Shown here: piece by piece, positions 25,910 through 38,965 of the stretch
How the letters are laid out: each line of letters begins with the position of its first letter
Numbering within the stretch: position 1 is the first letter of the stretch
DNA from: the human T2T-CHM13v2.0 reference genome, Homo sapiens
NCBI RefSeq assembly: GCF_009914755.1
Contig: NC_060931.1
Length of the DNA stretch: 64,000 nt
Direction: 5' to 3' (one strand)
The notes under the pieces: generated by a model
What the model was told of the DNA's origin: nothing
Databases searched by the model: none
The model's input: the letters and a program-made list of their open reading frames with translations, nothing else
Made by a program: the position numbers and the translations under genes

Positions 25910-27965
25910 CCACGTGACATTGCATTTAGCGTCTGTTCATTTTACGTATCTGTGTAATGTGTTTCTTCTGGGCAGTGAGGTAGGCCTGCCAGATAGCCTC
26001 ACATGTGTGCTGGGTGAGTGAGTGAATAAATGAATGAATGTGTTCTTTGGAGCTGAGAAGAAGCTGATGTTCCACTTGGGCTTTAGAGGATTAATGTGAG
26101 TTTGTTTGCCAGAGTATTCTAGATGGAATGAGCAGCTTATGAAAAGATATAGAGACATGAGCTGAGACGTTCAGCTTGGAGGAAATGCAGGCAGAGTGTG
26201 ATGGCCCAGAGTGAGACGAGGCTGGGCAGTAGGTGGCCAGATCATGGAGAGCCTTGCAGGATACCTTCATGGGCCTGGATTTTATTTTTATAAGGAAGCA
26301 GTAAATGTAGTTATTGCCCTTGTCTTTGGAGTTATCGCCTGGGTTTAAATTCCTGTGCTGCCACGGGATAGGGTTACTTGCTGTGTAACCCTAGGAAAAT
26401 TACTAAACATCTTTGAGGCTCAGTGAAATAAGTGCTTCATAAACCTGTTCTGAGAAGCAGATGACTTTTGAGGCTTGCAAAGCACTTAGCACAGTGTGTG
26501 GAACGGTCAAGGGAGCCTTTAGGAATGTATTGGCATTCTTGCTGTTATTTTAATACATGTGATTATTGTTATTATTGATGGTGATGATGGGGACTCTTTG
26601 AAGAATTTCAGCCAGGCTTCAGTGTCGTGGTCAGATTTGCTTTCTAGGAAGATGACTTTGGCAGCCATATAAAGATGTCAGGGGCCAAGGGTGGGTGACA
26701 CTAAGGGTCGGGAAACCAGTTCGGAGCCTATTAAAATAATCTAGGTGAGAGGTGAAGAGGCAGAGAGCAGAGGTGGGGGTTCAAGAGAGATGTTATTGGA
26801 TGCAGGATGTTGGAGAGATGTCTTTGCTGCTGCTGTTCCCTGCTTGAAATGGTTCAAGGAGGATTTTAGAGGCTTAGTACCAATGCCTTAGTCCTTGATT
26901 TTCAGAAAGGGACACTGAGGCACAGCAAGGGGAGGATGCCTTGCCTTCATCTCCAGATGAAACAGTGACAGACGGGATAGGCAGGGTAGAACCGAGGTCC
27001 TCAGCCCTTTGTTGCAGAGCAGGCGGAGGTGGGAGAAGTGTGGCTGGAAGAGGCTTCTGATGGAAGTGCAGTTCTTCATGGGTGGGGGTGCTCTGACACA
27101 AACTCAGTGTCGACTGCCCCTTCCACATCCCTCTAACCACCCCTCTATGCCTTAACTCCTCTTTCCAGCTCATTCTTCCACCAGTCCCCACAGGAATGCC
27201 TGTAGAATCCTGGTGGTGTTGGGCAGAGGGGTTTTGTGGTTTTGAATTAAGGCAAATGACTTGACTGAGTTGAGGAGGACACATGGAGGATGAGGACTGC
27301 CTGGGAGGGAGGGTGAGGGAGTTCTGTGTTCTAGCGCCAGTGAAAGAAACCTGGAGTCTGAAGAAGTGTGTACTCAGAGATTTGGTACTGTGCGTCCTCT
27401 AGCTCTTCCATTCACGCCCCTTCATACATCTTCAGGAGGAAACCAATTCAATGGAGTGCACCAGGGCAAGATTACGATTGTTACTTCAATCATATCTTAC
27501 CCTGCAAGGATGTTGAAGGAAAATATATTTCAATGCCACACTCAAAAGAGCTGTCACTTTTTAACATAGTAAATGGGTTTTCAGAGAGTGATGTAATATT
27601 GTTATTTTTAATACATTCTGTTTAGAAATGATTTTACTTTAGTTCAGGTCAATGTATGCTGGAGAACAGAAAAATCTAAAGGGAGCTTTAGAAAATGCTC
27701 CCTCAAAGGGTCCACCCTTAAAAGGTGGACCCTTTTAAGAAAGCTCTGTGTGCACATACCTGAATTTACAAATCAGAATCACAGGGCAATGTTTTAAGTA
27801 ACAGGAAGATACAGGAGGGTTCCTTTAAACACTTTGGTGCATGTCAGAGGTTTCTTATAGATAGCTGCTGATGGCTTTACAAGAAAGCTAGGAGAGAGGA
27901 AACAAACAAACAAAAAACATAGAGATGAGATGAACAAATTCTGGGCAATGATGACAAGAACTCGA

Positions 27966-27967
<2 letters not shown>

Positions 27968-27998
<31 letters not shown>
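27968..27998 (+). repeat. (TG)15 microsatellite
   Basis: Perfect TG run followed by TTTCCCAG. Confidence 0.95.
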
Positions 27999-28000
<2 letters not shown>

Positions 28001-28327
28001 CCCAGAAGTATTGCAGTGAAATTGGCGAGATAGCCTACATGCAGTGCTTGGCAAACGCCAACCTACAGAGCTGACCATCCTGTATTGGCTGGTGTATGAG
28101 TCTCTTTGTGAGAACACAGAATCGACAAGCATCATGGGGGCTATTTGGTCCCATCCCATGTGGAACCTGTGGCTGAGAGAGGGGGAGTATTCAAGGCACA
28201 CAGAGGCAAGGCCAAGACTAGAGAGACTTGTCTCCTGAATGCCTATCCATCGCTCTTAACAGTCTTCTCTGCCGTTTACATTTCTCTGTCAGTCTCCTCT
28301 GGTACATTGATATTTTCTATTTTCCAG

Positions 28328-28386
28328 GAAAAATCAGTTGCTGCCGTCTGACAAGGTGGATGGTGAGCTGGGTGCCCTGCGGCTCG
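28328..28386 (+). CDS. MINDY4: MINDY4 coding exon (about exon 6; 59 bp, phase 2 to 1)
   Basis: Acceptor ttttccag|G, donor CTCG|gtaggt; encodes KNQLLPSDKVDGELGALRL and joins in frame to the next exon; peptide recognised as FAM188B/MINDY4. Confidence 0.93.
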
Positions 28387-30028
28387 GTAGGTGCAGCGGG
28401 TGCCTCTGTGCTGTGCCCATCAGGGCCCAAGGGGTCCTCGTTGGCTCTGTCTGGGAGATGGGTGGTCGGGGGCCCCTTTCCTTCCACCTGACCTCAGCGA
28501 GTGGGGCTGGTCAAGTGAGTAGAGTAGACTACTCTCTCTCTGACTGATGTCTTCTACTGCTTGCCCTTCTCTCCTGGGGACATCCTAGTAAGAAGACCAG
28601 TCATTTCTGGATCTACACTGTGGGGCCAGAGAAGCTCTTTCTGCTTTTGGTATTTTTTTAGGGCCATTCAGTAATGGCCTCTTAGTAAGTTAACTAAGGT
28701 CTCCAGAAAACAGTTCTCATTCAAAGTATCAGTATAGCTCTGGCTGGGAAGGCCCGTCCTTTTTAAAAGTTTATCAGTGTATTATGGAGGCATAAGACAC
28801 AAACAGTGAAGGCATTAAGTGTACAACCTTAAGTGCCCTGGTCTGCATCTTCACTTCTGTGTACATCTGTGTAACTGCTCTCTAAGATCAATATAGAGCA
28901 CATTTCCTTCCACTCTTTAGTTTTGAAGCAAACTTTTTTTCTCTCTCTTTCTGTAATTCCCTACTCTCCAAAGACATGCATTTGCAGGGTTTTGCAGAAG
29001 CAGCTAGAGACTGCGGATGTTGAGACCAAGGACTGGCCGTGAGAGGATGAGGCTTGAGTGCTGCCAACATTTGCTCCTTTTCTGGAGCCAACAGTTTACC
29101 TGTTGCACCATTTGGGCAGACAAGAGCTGTTCACATGCTCTTCATCTCCCTTTTGAACTCTCCCTTTTAAACTGAAGGAAGAAAGCAGTGCCCCTATTTA
29201 GAACTCTCTTGTGTGAGAGGTGTAGTCTGACAGTTTGCTTTGATGAGATTGAAAGAAAGGTGCAGGCCTCTGAGCTGCGGAGGTGGAGGTGGGGGTTTGT
29301 TTACTCTGCCTAACTGATCCTAGAAGTAGCAGATCCTCAGAGCTCCCCAGATGGGGTAGATGTCTGTGCATGGCTGTGCAGAGTACAGCATGGAGTCAGG
29401 AGGTGCTGGCATCCAAACCCTTTTTGTGCACCACTGCACTTTAAGATTTTGCAGTGAAAGCTGCTTGTGTTTGGACACAAGAAAAGCGGTTCCTGGTCTT
29501 CAGAACCCAGAGAACTTCTACTGGAAGGAAGGCTGTTAGCAATTCTCAGAAGCAGCTGTTTGAAGTGTGTGTGTGCATGTTTTCTGGAGGGAGGCCGACC
29601 CCTCTTTGCTAATGGCTCAGCTAATGATTTAGGAAAGGAGAAGAAGGTGAAGGATAGGAGGCCATGGAACCCAGTCACGGAGAGAGTTCATGAAAGGAAA
29701 GGAAGGAGAAGTCTTGTGGGGGCCAGGGGGTTGGGGGTTGAGCAGTTCAGAAACAAAAATCAAATTTGGTTAGAGGAACAACACTCCTCCTCCACCCCAG
29801 TTCATTTTACTTTGGTTCGATTCAGTAAACTCTTGTCAGCAATTACCTGCCAGCGCATATGCAAGGCTCGGTAGAAGGCAGACCAAGGTGAATAAAAGGT
29901 GGCCTTGCCTTTTTGGAGGGTGGGGTGGGTAGGACAAAGGAAGAGAGGTATCTTCCCATAGCAACACATGAAGCAGATGCCCAGCAGTGCTTAAGTGCTT
30001 TAATAAGCCAGGTTCTGTGATGGGTTTC

Positions 30029-30400
30029 TGTATTAGTGTATTCTCATACTGCTAATAAAGACATACCAGAAACTGAGTAATTTTTAAAGGAAAGAGGTTT
30101 AATTGACTCACAGTTCAGCATGGCTGGGGAGGCCTCAGGAAACTTACAATCGTGGCAGAAGGGGAAGCAAACATGTCCTTCTTCACATGGTGGCAGGAAG
30201 GAGAAGTCCCCAGCAAAAGGGGGAAAAGTCCCTTATAAAACCATCAAATCTCATGAGAACTCAGTATTACAAGAATAGCATGAGGGTAACCGCCCCCATG
30301 ATTCAATTACCTCCCATCAGTTCCCTCCTATGACATGTGGGGATGATGGGAACTACCATTCAAGATGAGATTTGGGTGGGGACACAGCCAAACCATATCA
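30029..30400 (-). mobile_element. THE1 solo LTR (THE1C-like)
   Basis: tgtattagt...gggacacagccaaaccatatca; 372 bp. Confidence 0.88.
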
Positions 30401-32161
30401 GTTCTGGAAGCTTCCATAGTGTGTAGGTATTTAGTCTGGACTCTGAAGAATGGGCAAGGTCTTGTCAAATAGCGATGTGGAAGGAGCCACATGGGCAAAT
30501 GCCTGGTGTATATATGAGAAAGATTGGTTGGAGGTAATGGCCCTGTTGGGGAGGATGTGGGGGTCAGTGTGAGATGAGGCTGAAATGAAGACTGGGCTGG
30601 GCAAGATGATTTTGAGTGCTGTGCTAAAGAGCTGGACAGCAAGTCACTGGGCAGAGATTCTGTGCTAGTGAGATACCTAGGGCTGCGCATTTGGGGGCTA
30701 TATCTGGACTTAGGTGTAGAATAGACTTTAGGGATACAAGCTTAGATGTTGGGATACTGGTGAGGGGCTCTTGGCATAGTCCAGAGAAGAGGTAATGAGA
30801 CCCCTCTTACCTGGGAAATCCAATGGGTATTTCAGGACCTGCCCGAATTTCACCTGTTATAGGAAGTTTCCCTGAGCATTTATAGCAGAATTAATTGCCT
30901 CCCTCTCTGCTCTGAAAACCCTTGCACTCGTTCCTTTTTCAGCACTTACTAGGTTATGTTGTAATTTTTCAGGGGGCTCTATCTCTCCCTTGGCAGGCAG
31001 CTGCTTGAATGAAGGGGTGGGGCCTTAGTCATCTCTTACCTCTGTCCCACATCATCCCTAGTCCATCATGGGTGCTAAAGAATGCACTTGCTGAGCAAAT
31101 AGAAAGATAAGGACATATTCCTGTAACAGTGGAGAGAGAAAGGCAACAGGGGGGCAGGATATGAGACATTCTGGAGGCAGAGTGATCCAGAGGCTGGACC
31201 GGCATGGTGGGTGAGAGAGGGTGGAGGTTTCAGCCTGGGGCTCTGGTAGAAGGGTAGAGGAGAGATGGGGTCTTTTATTGAAACTGAAGCCAGGAAGGGT
31301 TCTGAGTTTCTGGTGTTGGGGCACTTCCAGAAGATATCTTGTGGTCAGTAGGAAATTCTGCACAGGCTCCCAGAAAAAAGCTGTGTGGCCCATTCTCCCT
31401 ATGGAATCTTCCTATGAACATCATTCCCCTTGGTATCTTTGACTCCCTATGGAAATAAAATCCAATTACTTTATACATACGTACATGTATCCTACAAAAA
31501 GCACATAAAATAGTATGGGAAACAAAACCCCTTGCTTCTTTTCAATTCGACATTTAAACCAGGACCTTAGAAATAGCATTCTCAAACCACTGACATTTAC
31601 AGATGGCTTTGTCTTCCTGGCCAACATGTCGTTCTGGAGTGTTTTGTTTTTCCCTTGCATGGCATTCCCACCACGTCTGGGCCCGAGGCCTGCTATATGG
31701 TCCTAAACCAACTCCCTGCACTTGGGCCAATTCCTCCCTGTAGAAGCCAAAGGAGTTTGCCTTTTCCAAGGGGCTTACTCTGGCCTATGCTCCATTGGCG
31801 TCTGCTTTTCCTGGGCCCCCAGCCTTCATTCCCAGATTTACTTCATGGGACCCAGGCAGAGCGTGTTTCAGGCCTGGATCCCTCCCTGACAACCTCAGAC
31901 TAAATAGAAACCTCTAAATAGGCTTAAATACTGTCACTTTGTGCCTCCAGGAAACAATCTGGCTCAAGGCATTGCAAGAAGCCCTTCAGGGTCAGTCCTC
32001 CAGTAATCTGGAATCACTCAGGTTATCCTGCCCCTTTGTCTGGGGCCTCAGATGTCTAAGGTGGAATTAATCACACATCTCTTTTCCTCCAGAGAACATT
32101 CTCAATGTTGGTCTTTGCAAAGCCTGCCTATCAGTATTCTTCCCTTTCTTCCTTCCCACCC

Positions 32162-32456
32162 TTTTTTTTGAGATGGAGTCTTGCTCTGTTGCCCAGGCTG
32201 GAGTGCAGTGGTGTAATCTCAGCTTACTGCACCCTCCGCCCTCTGTTTCCTGGGTTCAAGTGATTCTCAGGCCTCAGCCTCCTGAGTAACTGGGATTACA
32301 GGCCCGTGCCACCACACCTGGCTAATTTTTGTATTTTTAGTAGAGATGGGGTTTCGCCATGTTGGCCAGGCTGCTCTTAAACTCGACCTCAGGTGATCCA
32401 CCCACCTTGGCCTCCCAAAGTGTTGGGATTACAGGCATGAGCCACCGTGCCTGGCC
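32162..32456 (-). mobile_element. AluS (Sx-like)
   Basis: cctcaggtgatccacccaccttggcctcccaaagtg; full dimer. Confidence 0.88.
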
Positions 32457-32829
32457 CCCTTCCCTCCCTTTTACATTTCCCTCTCTCCTTCCCTTTCTCC
32501 CTCTTAACTTTCTTTCCTTATTTATCTTTAGCCCTACCCCTTATACTCTTATTACCTTCCTTTCCCATAAGCAACCATTCTCTTATGCTTAATCTATATC
32601 TTTTTCTTGTGTATGTTCTTGCAAAATCTATACTGTTTTGTATGCATCATTTTTACTTGACATAGATAGCATTGTGTTATATATCTCATTTGGTTTCTTA
32701 CTTTCTCTACCCAGCACCATGTTTTTAAGTCCCATTCTTGTTGCTGGGTAGACATCTGATCTTTGTTTTAGGTTATTTATGTAAGGCCATGGTCATAGGG
32801 TAGCTTTTCAGAGACCCTAACTAAGAAAT

Positions 32830-35125
32830 TGTATTAGTCCATTTTCACGCTGCTGATAAAAACATACCCGAGATTGGGCAATTTTCAAAGGAAACAAGTT
32901 TAATAGAGAACTCACAGTTCCACGTTGCTGGGGAAGCCTCACAATCATGGTGGAAGGCAAGGAGGAGCAAGTCACATCTTATGTGGATGGTGGCAGGCAA
33001 AGAGAGAGCCTGTGTAGGCAAGCTTCTGTTTTTAAAAGCCATCATATGTCATGAGACTTACTCACTATCACAAGACCAGCACAGGGAAGAGCCACCTCCA
33101 TGATTCGGTTATCTCCCACAGTGTCCTTCCCACAACATGTGGGAATTATGGGAGCTACAAGATGAGATTTGGGTGGGGACACAGAGCCAAGCCATATCAT
33201 TCTGCCCCTAGCCCCTCCCAAATCTCATGTCTTCACATTTCAAAACCAATCATGCCTTCCCAACAGTCCCCCAAAGTCTTAACTCATTTCAGCATTAACC
33301 TAAAAGTCCACAGTTTAAAGTCTCATTTGAGACAAGGCAAGTCCCTTCCACCTATTAGCCAGTAAAATCAAAAGCAAGTTAGTTACTTCCTAGATACAAT
33401 GGGGGTACAGGCAGTGGGAAAATGCAGCTGTTCCAAATGGGAGAAATTGGCCAAAACAAAGGGGCCCAGGCCCTACGCAAGTCCAAAATCCAGCAGGGCA
33501 GTCAAATCTTAAAGCTCCAAAGTGATCTCCTTTGACTCCATGTCTCACATCTAGGTCATGCTGATGCAAGAGGTGGGTTCCCATGGTCTTGGGCAGCTCT
33601 GCCCCTGTGGCTTTGCAGGATACGGCCTCCCTCCCAGTTGCTTTCATGGGCTGGTGTTGAGTGTCTGTGGCTTTTCCAGGCACATGGTGCAAGCTGTTGG
33701 TGAATCTACCATTCTGGGGTCTGGAGGACAGTAGCCCTCTTCTCACAGCTCCACTAGGTGGTGCCCCCGTAGGGATTCTTTGTGGAGCCTCCATCCCCAC
33801 ATTTCCTTTCTGCACTGCCCTAGCAGAGGTTCTCCATGAGGGCCCCGCCCCTGTAGCAAACTTCTGCCTGGACATCCAGGTGTTTCCATACATCCTCTGA
33901 AATCTAGGCGGAGGTTCCCAAACCTCAATTCTTGACTTCTGTGCACCTGCAGGCTCAACACCACATGGTAGCTGCCAAAGCTTAGGCCTTGCACCTTTGA
34001 AGCCACAGCCTGAGCTGTACATTGGCCCCTTTTAGTCATCACTAGAGTGGCTGGGATGTAGGGCACCAAGTCCTTATGCTGTACACAGCACAGGGACCCT
34101 GGGCCCAGCCCATGAGACCATTTTTTCCTCCTAGGCCTCCGGGTCTGTGATGGGAGGGCGTGCCATGAAGACCTCTGACATGCCCTGGAGACGTTTTCCC
34201 CATTGTCTTGTGGATTAACATTTGGCTTCTGGCTACTTATGCAAATTTCTGCAGCCAGCTTGAATTTCTCTTCAGAAAATGGGGTTTTCTTTTCTATTAC
34301 ATTTCTTTTCTGTTGCTAGTTTTCTGAGCTTTTATGCTTTGTTTCCCTTATAAAACTGGATGCCTTTAACAGCACTCAAGTCGCCTCTTGAATGCTTTGC
34401 TGCTTAGAAATTTCTTCCACCAGATACCCTAAATCATCTCTCTCAAGTTTAAAGTTCTGCAAATCTCTAGGGCAGAGGCAAAATGCTGCCAATCTCTGCT
34501 AGAACACAACAAGAGTCACCTTTGCTCCAATTCCCAACAAGTTCCCCCTCTCCATCTGAGACCTTATTGTTCATACTACTATCCGCATTTTTGTCAAAGC
34601 CATTCAACATGTCTCTAGGAAGTTTCAAACTTTCCCACATTTTCCTGTCTTCTTCTGAGCCCTCCAAACTGTTCCAGCTTCTGCCTGTTACTCAGTTTCA
34701 AAGTCACTTCCACATTTTCGGATATCTTTTCAGCAGCGCCCCACTTTACTGGTACCAATTTACTGTATTAGTCTGTTTTCATGCTGCTGATAAAGATACT
34801 CCTGAGACTGGGCAATTTACAAAAGAAAGTTTATTGGACTTTAAATTGCACATGGCTGGGGAGGCCTCACAATCATGGCAGAAGGCAAGGAGGAGCAAGT
34901 CACATCTTATGTGGATGGCAGCAGGCAAAGAGAGCTTGTGCAGGCAAACTCCTGTTTTTTAAAGCCATCAGATGTTGTGAGACTTATTCACTATCATGAG
35001 AACGGCACAGGAAAGACCCACTCCCATGATTCGGTTATCTCTCACTGGGTCCCTCGCACAGCACATGGGAATTATGGGAGTTACAAAATGAAATTTGGGT
35101 GGGGACACAGAGCCAAACCATATCA
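32830..35125 (-). mobile_element. Full-length THE1A MaLR element (LTRs 32830-33199 and 34764-35125; internal 33200-34763)
   Basis: Two direct LTRs tgtattagtc...ccatatca flanking 1.56 kb of THE1-internal sequence. Confidence 0.92.
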
Positions 35126-36306
35126 GAAGCATTCTCATCTAAGTTCAGGTTCATATTTAAATTCCAGACTTTATTCCCCAGCCCAGTGGTAGAATCTATG
35201 TGCTTGTTCAGTGGCCTGAGTCTCTAGGAGTTCCCCTTGTGCTGTGGCTGGGTCGCCCTGGGGAGAAAGGAGGCTGTAGCATAAGATATAAGCTGTGTGT
35301 CCTGGGAATGGTGGCCTTTGATACCACCCCCGCCCACACAGGCCCACTCTGGCAGGCCCCTCTAGGGAGCTGGATTCACAGAGCCAAGCCCTCAGCTACC
35401 CTCTGGAGTTCACTCTGCTCAGCCTTGCCGGCACCATTGCCTTGGCATTGTTTCTCCCTGGGTCCTTTATCACTGTGTTCTGGTGAATGCAGCGGCAGCA
35501 GGTGTAATGACAAGGGGGCCTTAGCTAACGGGGAAGTCACAGCTGGGACCCTCTCTAGGCCTCAGTTGTCCCACTATGAGAAAACAATATCTGGAATATG
35601 GCTTACGGTCCCTGCTGGAGGTCCAGGACAGTGGGATGGTAGAGTTACTAGGAGTCACTCTCTCTGCCACTTTCCATTTGATTGATTTGGGGCCAGTTAC
35701 TTAACTCCTCTAAGCCTCAGTTTCCTCATCTATAAGTGGGGGTAATGATAATTACTTTCTCATAAGGCTGTTGTGGAAGAAGGTGATCAAATTCAAGCAG
35801 TCAATAAATGCAAGTTACAATAGTGATTATATGCAATAATTATTTTATCAGCAATGGTTCCATTTTCTTTCCCAGTCCTGTCCTCTTCACCTTTGTCCTT
35901 GGGGGAATGATCTTTCGAGTCATGCCCACCTTTTGTAAGAAATGTGTCTGAGCTAGGCTTTCCTGGTCCTGGTTCGATGGCTTAGGACCCAGGCACTTGT
36001 TCCACTCTATGTCCATGCGTGGAACTTTCTAGTGGACCAGTAGCTAAGTCTCACTCGGCAACATCCTCGTGGTATGAACAGAGCAGGGTTGTGACAAGGA
36101 GCATGGACTCTCTTGATCTGGTTGCTTTCCTTCCGCTAAGGGTCTGGGAACTTCAGAACAGAGCTGGGGTGAATGAATGCGGGGAGGAACCCTCCTTTCA
36201 CTCAAACCTTCTACAAACTTAGCAATGTCTGTGGTGTTCAGTGACTTCATGTTCTGTTCTCCGTGAGTCATAACGAAGGGCTCACATGGCCATGGTTTTC
36301 TTTCAG

Positions 36307-36413
36307 AGGATGTGGAGGATGAGTTGATAAGGGAAGAGGTCATCCTGTCGCCAGTCCCATCAGTGCTCAAGTTGCAGACAGCATCAAAACCAATTGACCT
36401 CTCAGTAGCAAAG
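36307..36413 (+). CDS. MINDY4: MINDY4 coding exon (about exon 7; 107 bp, phase 1 to 0)
   Basis: tttcag|AG ... AAG|gtaagt; (E)[35 protein letters not shown]. Confidence 0.95.
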
Positions 36414-38094
36414 GTAAGTGTAAGGAGACTCCTGGGTTAAATGTGTCTTGATTTGAATGGATATAGATGGCGTGATTTTGGTGTTTCTGCCCCAATCCAG
36501 CTCATTGTAATCTCTTGGTCATTGTTGAAATGGAAATTTGGGTGTGATGTAGAAGAAAATGTGAACCGAGAGTCAGGAAAACTGCAGTCTAGTCCTTGCA
36601 GCTCTCGTTCCCTCTCCAAGACAAAAGGTGAGGGAGGAGGTTATGTCCTCCCCTCCAAATACCGTGGGAATAGAGCTGCTTCATCATGTCCCTGTGGGCA
36701 CCGTTAGGGTGTGATGGAAATGGTCCAGTTGTCCCCATTAGAGCAGCGCTGCTCCTGTACTGGTCTCCTAAGCCCTGGCCAGGTTGCAGTGAAGGAAGGA
36801 CAGGGAGGTGTTAACAATTCTTCAGCACTGTTCAGGTGTACTCCCTTGGCCACTTAAAGGGCCCCGTGGTCACAGGGGACCAGGAGCAGGTTCCTGGCCA
36901 CAGCAGCCTCTTCTGCAGGGGTGTCTGGGATTGCTCACCATGCTCGGCTACCAGGGTGGCCTCACCACTCCCGTGACCAGAGGCTCCTGCAGGATGGAAT
37001 GTCATTCCCGCTGTCCTCTTCTGGCCTTTCACCAAGATCCAGGAGGGAAAAATAAAACTCCTAGGGACACAGCTGACTTCCTTCTCTTCCTACTTACTAC
37101 ATATTTACTCAGCATACAAATCAAAGAGCAAAATATTTTTCTAGAGGTTTTGTCCTTTCGTTTCCTTCCCCTCTCCTCCCCTCTCCCCTTCTCTCTCATA
37201 TCTCCCCCTTCTTCCATTCTCTCTTTTGAAGCTACAGAGGGTCAGATACACTTAAATGGCCCCAAACCTGGGAGGAGGTGCTCTGTCATCTGTCACCATG
37301 CAATGAGTCTTTGCAGAGCGCACTTATGCTTGGGGCAGACCCCTCAGGCTCCTAAAGACTATGCAGCAGTAGCGTCTCCAAAAGCAACTGGAAAAAGTGA
37401 GGCCTGCAGAGAAAACAGGAGGGCCCAGGGCACGTGGCCTCTGGAAAGCAGAGTCCAGGTTCCCAGGCTCTGTTGACCACACTGTGCCTAGCGGGAGCTG
37501 TCATTCTGAGCCCTGACAGATGAATCCACACATCCTTTCTCCTGTGTGCCACCAGCCCACATTTGATGACATGTGGACAAATGCTTCTGTCAAAGAGATT
37601 TTTCCTTATATTTAATGAAAAGGAAAAAAAGAGCTGATTCTGGTGGAAAATAATGAGTCTGTAGGAAAGGTCTGACCCAGAGAGGGGGTACAGGGAAGTG
37701 GCTGTAGAATCCACCTGCTGGTCTTGGGGCTCACTCAAGGCTTCAGAGACCCCCTCAGATGTAAAACCATGGCAGAGAGAGGGTGGGCCCATCATGAGGG
37801 GAGTGGGCGGGGACCTGCTGCCTTTCTCATCTGAGGGCCTGTCCATGGGGAAGGGATTGACCATTCTGGGGGCTCTGGAGGGTGATGCGTGGGTTGATGG
37901 GAAATGAACAGTGAACTCATTATCAGCCAGAAGTCTGGAGAAGACAGCCGTGAGAAAGTAGAGGGGCTGCCTTGAGAGGTGGTGGGAACCCCTTCACTGG
38001 GGGGTTGGGATGGTTCAAGCAGAGTTCACGGGGGACCACTCATGGGCGGCATCACAGAGGAGGTTCTTACGCATGGTAGAGAGTTGTACTAGAC

Positions 38095-38314
38095 CAGGAG
38101 TTGGCAGGTGTTTTCTGTAAAGGGCTCAATAGTGTATTTTTGGCTTTGCTGGCAGTGTGATCTCTGCTGCACCTATTCAACTTTGCCATCATGGTATGAA
38201 CACAGCCATGGGTGGTATGGAAACAAATGGGCTTTGCTGTGTGCCAGTAGAACATTATTTACAAACAGGTGGTGGGGGCAGATTTGGCCTGTGGGTCACA
38301 GTTTAGTAACCCTG
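38095..38314. mobile_element. MER58A-like hAT-Charlie element
   Basis: caggagttggca...ttttctgtaaagggc...gatttggcctgtgggtcacagttt...ccctg; TSD tactagac/cactagag. Confidence 0.8.
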
Positions 38315-38322
38315 CACTAGAG

Positions 38323-38506
38323 CACTGGCTCTCAAACCCGGCACACTGTGGAATCACCTGGGGGAATCTTAAAACTACTGATACTGGAGTCTCACCCTCA
38401 GCAACTGGGGTTTAATTGGCTGGTGTGTTTTCTGAACATCAAGATTGTTTTTAGGAACTTCGTATCCTAGATGGTTCTAATGTGAGGTCGAGTTTGAAAA
38501 CCCCTA
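38323..38506. mobile_element. MER5A-like hAT-Charlie MITE
   Basis: cactggctctcaaac...gaatcacctggggg...ttctaatgtg...tttgaaaacccct. Confidence 0.75.
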
Positions 38507-38848
38507 GTCTTGCCTGTGGAAGATCAGAGGACCTCCAAGATCCCTTGCAAATCTAAAATTTTGTTTCTCAAGGCCCCTGTAAGGAGCTTACAAAGATTTT
38601 GGCCCATGTCAGCACAGGCTAGCTTGGTTTAAAGATGTTCCAGAGGTAAGACCCTCATTATTGAGTTTCTCTTTCATCAAATATAAGAAGAATGAGCCTG
38701 AAAAATAAAAAGAGAAGAGATGAACCATGCTAGAAAATGGGCTTCCCTGCTAGAATTCAAGAACAACTTCTGCAGGAATATGCACACTGAACATCGTATT
38801 GTTGCTTGCTTTTAAAACAACCAGTAAAACTCTCTCTTCTTTTTATAG

Positions 38849-38965
38849 GAAATAAAGACCCTTCTGTTTGGTTCCAGCTTTTGCTGTTTCAATGAAGAAT
38901 GGAAACTTCAGAGTTTTTCCTTTAGTAACACAGCCTCATTAAAATACGGCATAGTGCAGAACAAG
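38849..38965 (+). CDS. MINDY4: MINDY4 coding exon (about exon 8; 117 bp, phase 0 to 0), GC donor
   Basis: ttttatag|GAA ... AAG|gcaggt; [39 protein letters not shown]; contains the Gln six residues before the catalytic Cys. Confidence 0.93.

Noticed and set aside
33390-34022. 210-aa ORF on -
   Set aside because: Lies inside THE1A-internal sequence; such open stretches are common in MaLR internals and the start is not a true ATG
30029-35125. PRDM9 hotspot motif CCTCCCTAGCCAC in the THE1 LTRs
   Set aside because: All three LTRs carry non-hotspot versions (atggctggggagg twice, gttgctggggaag once)
36808-37476. 222-aa ORF on +
   Set aside because: GTG start, low-complexity Leu/Ser/Pro stretch from a CT-rich tract, no homology recognised
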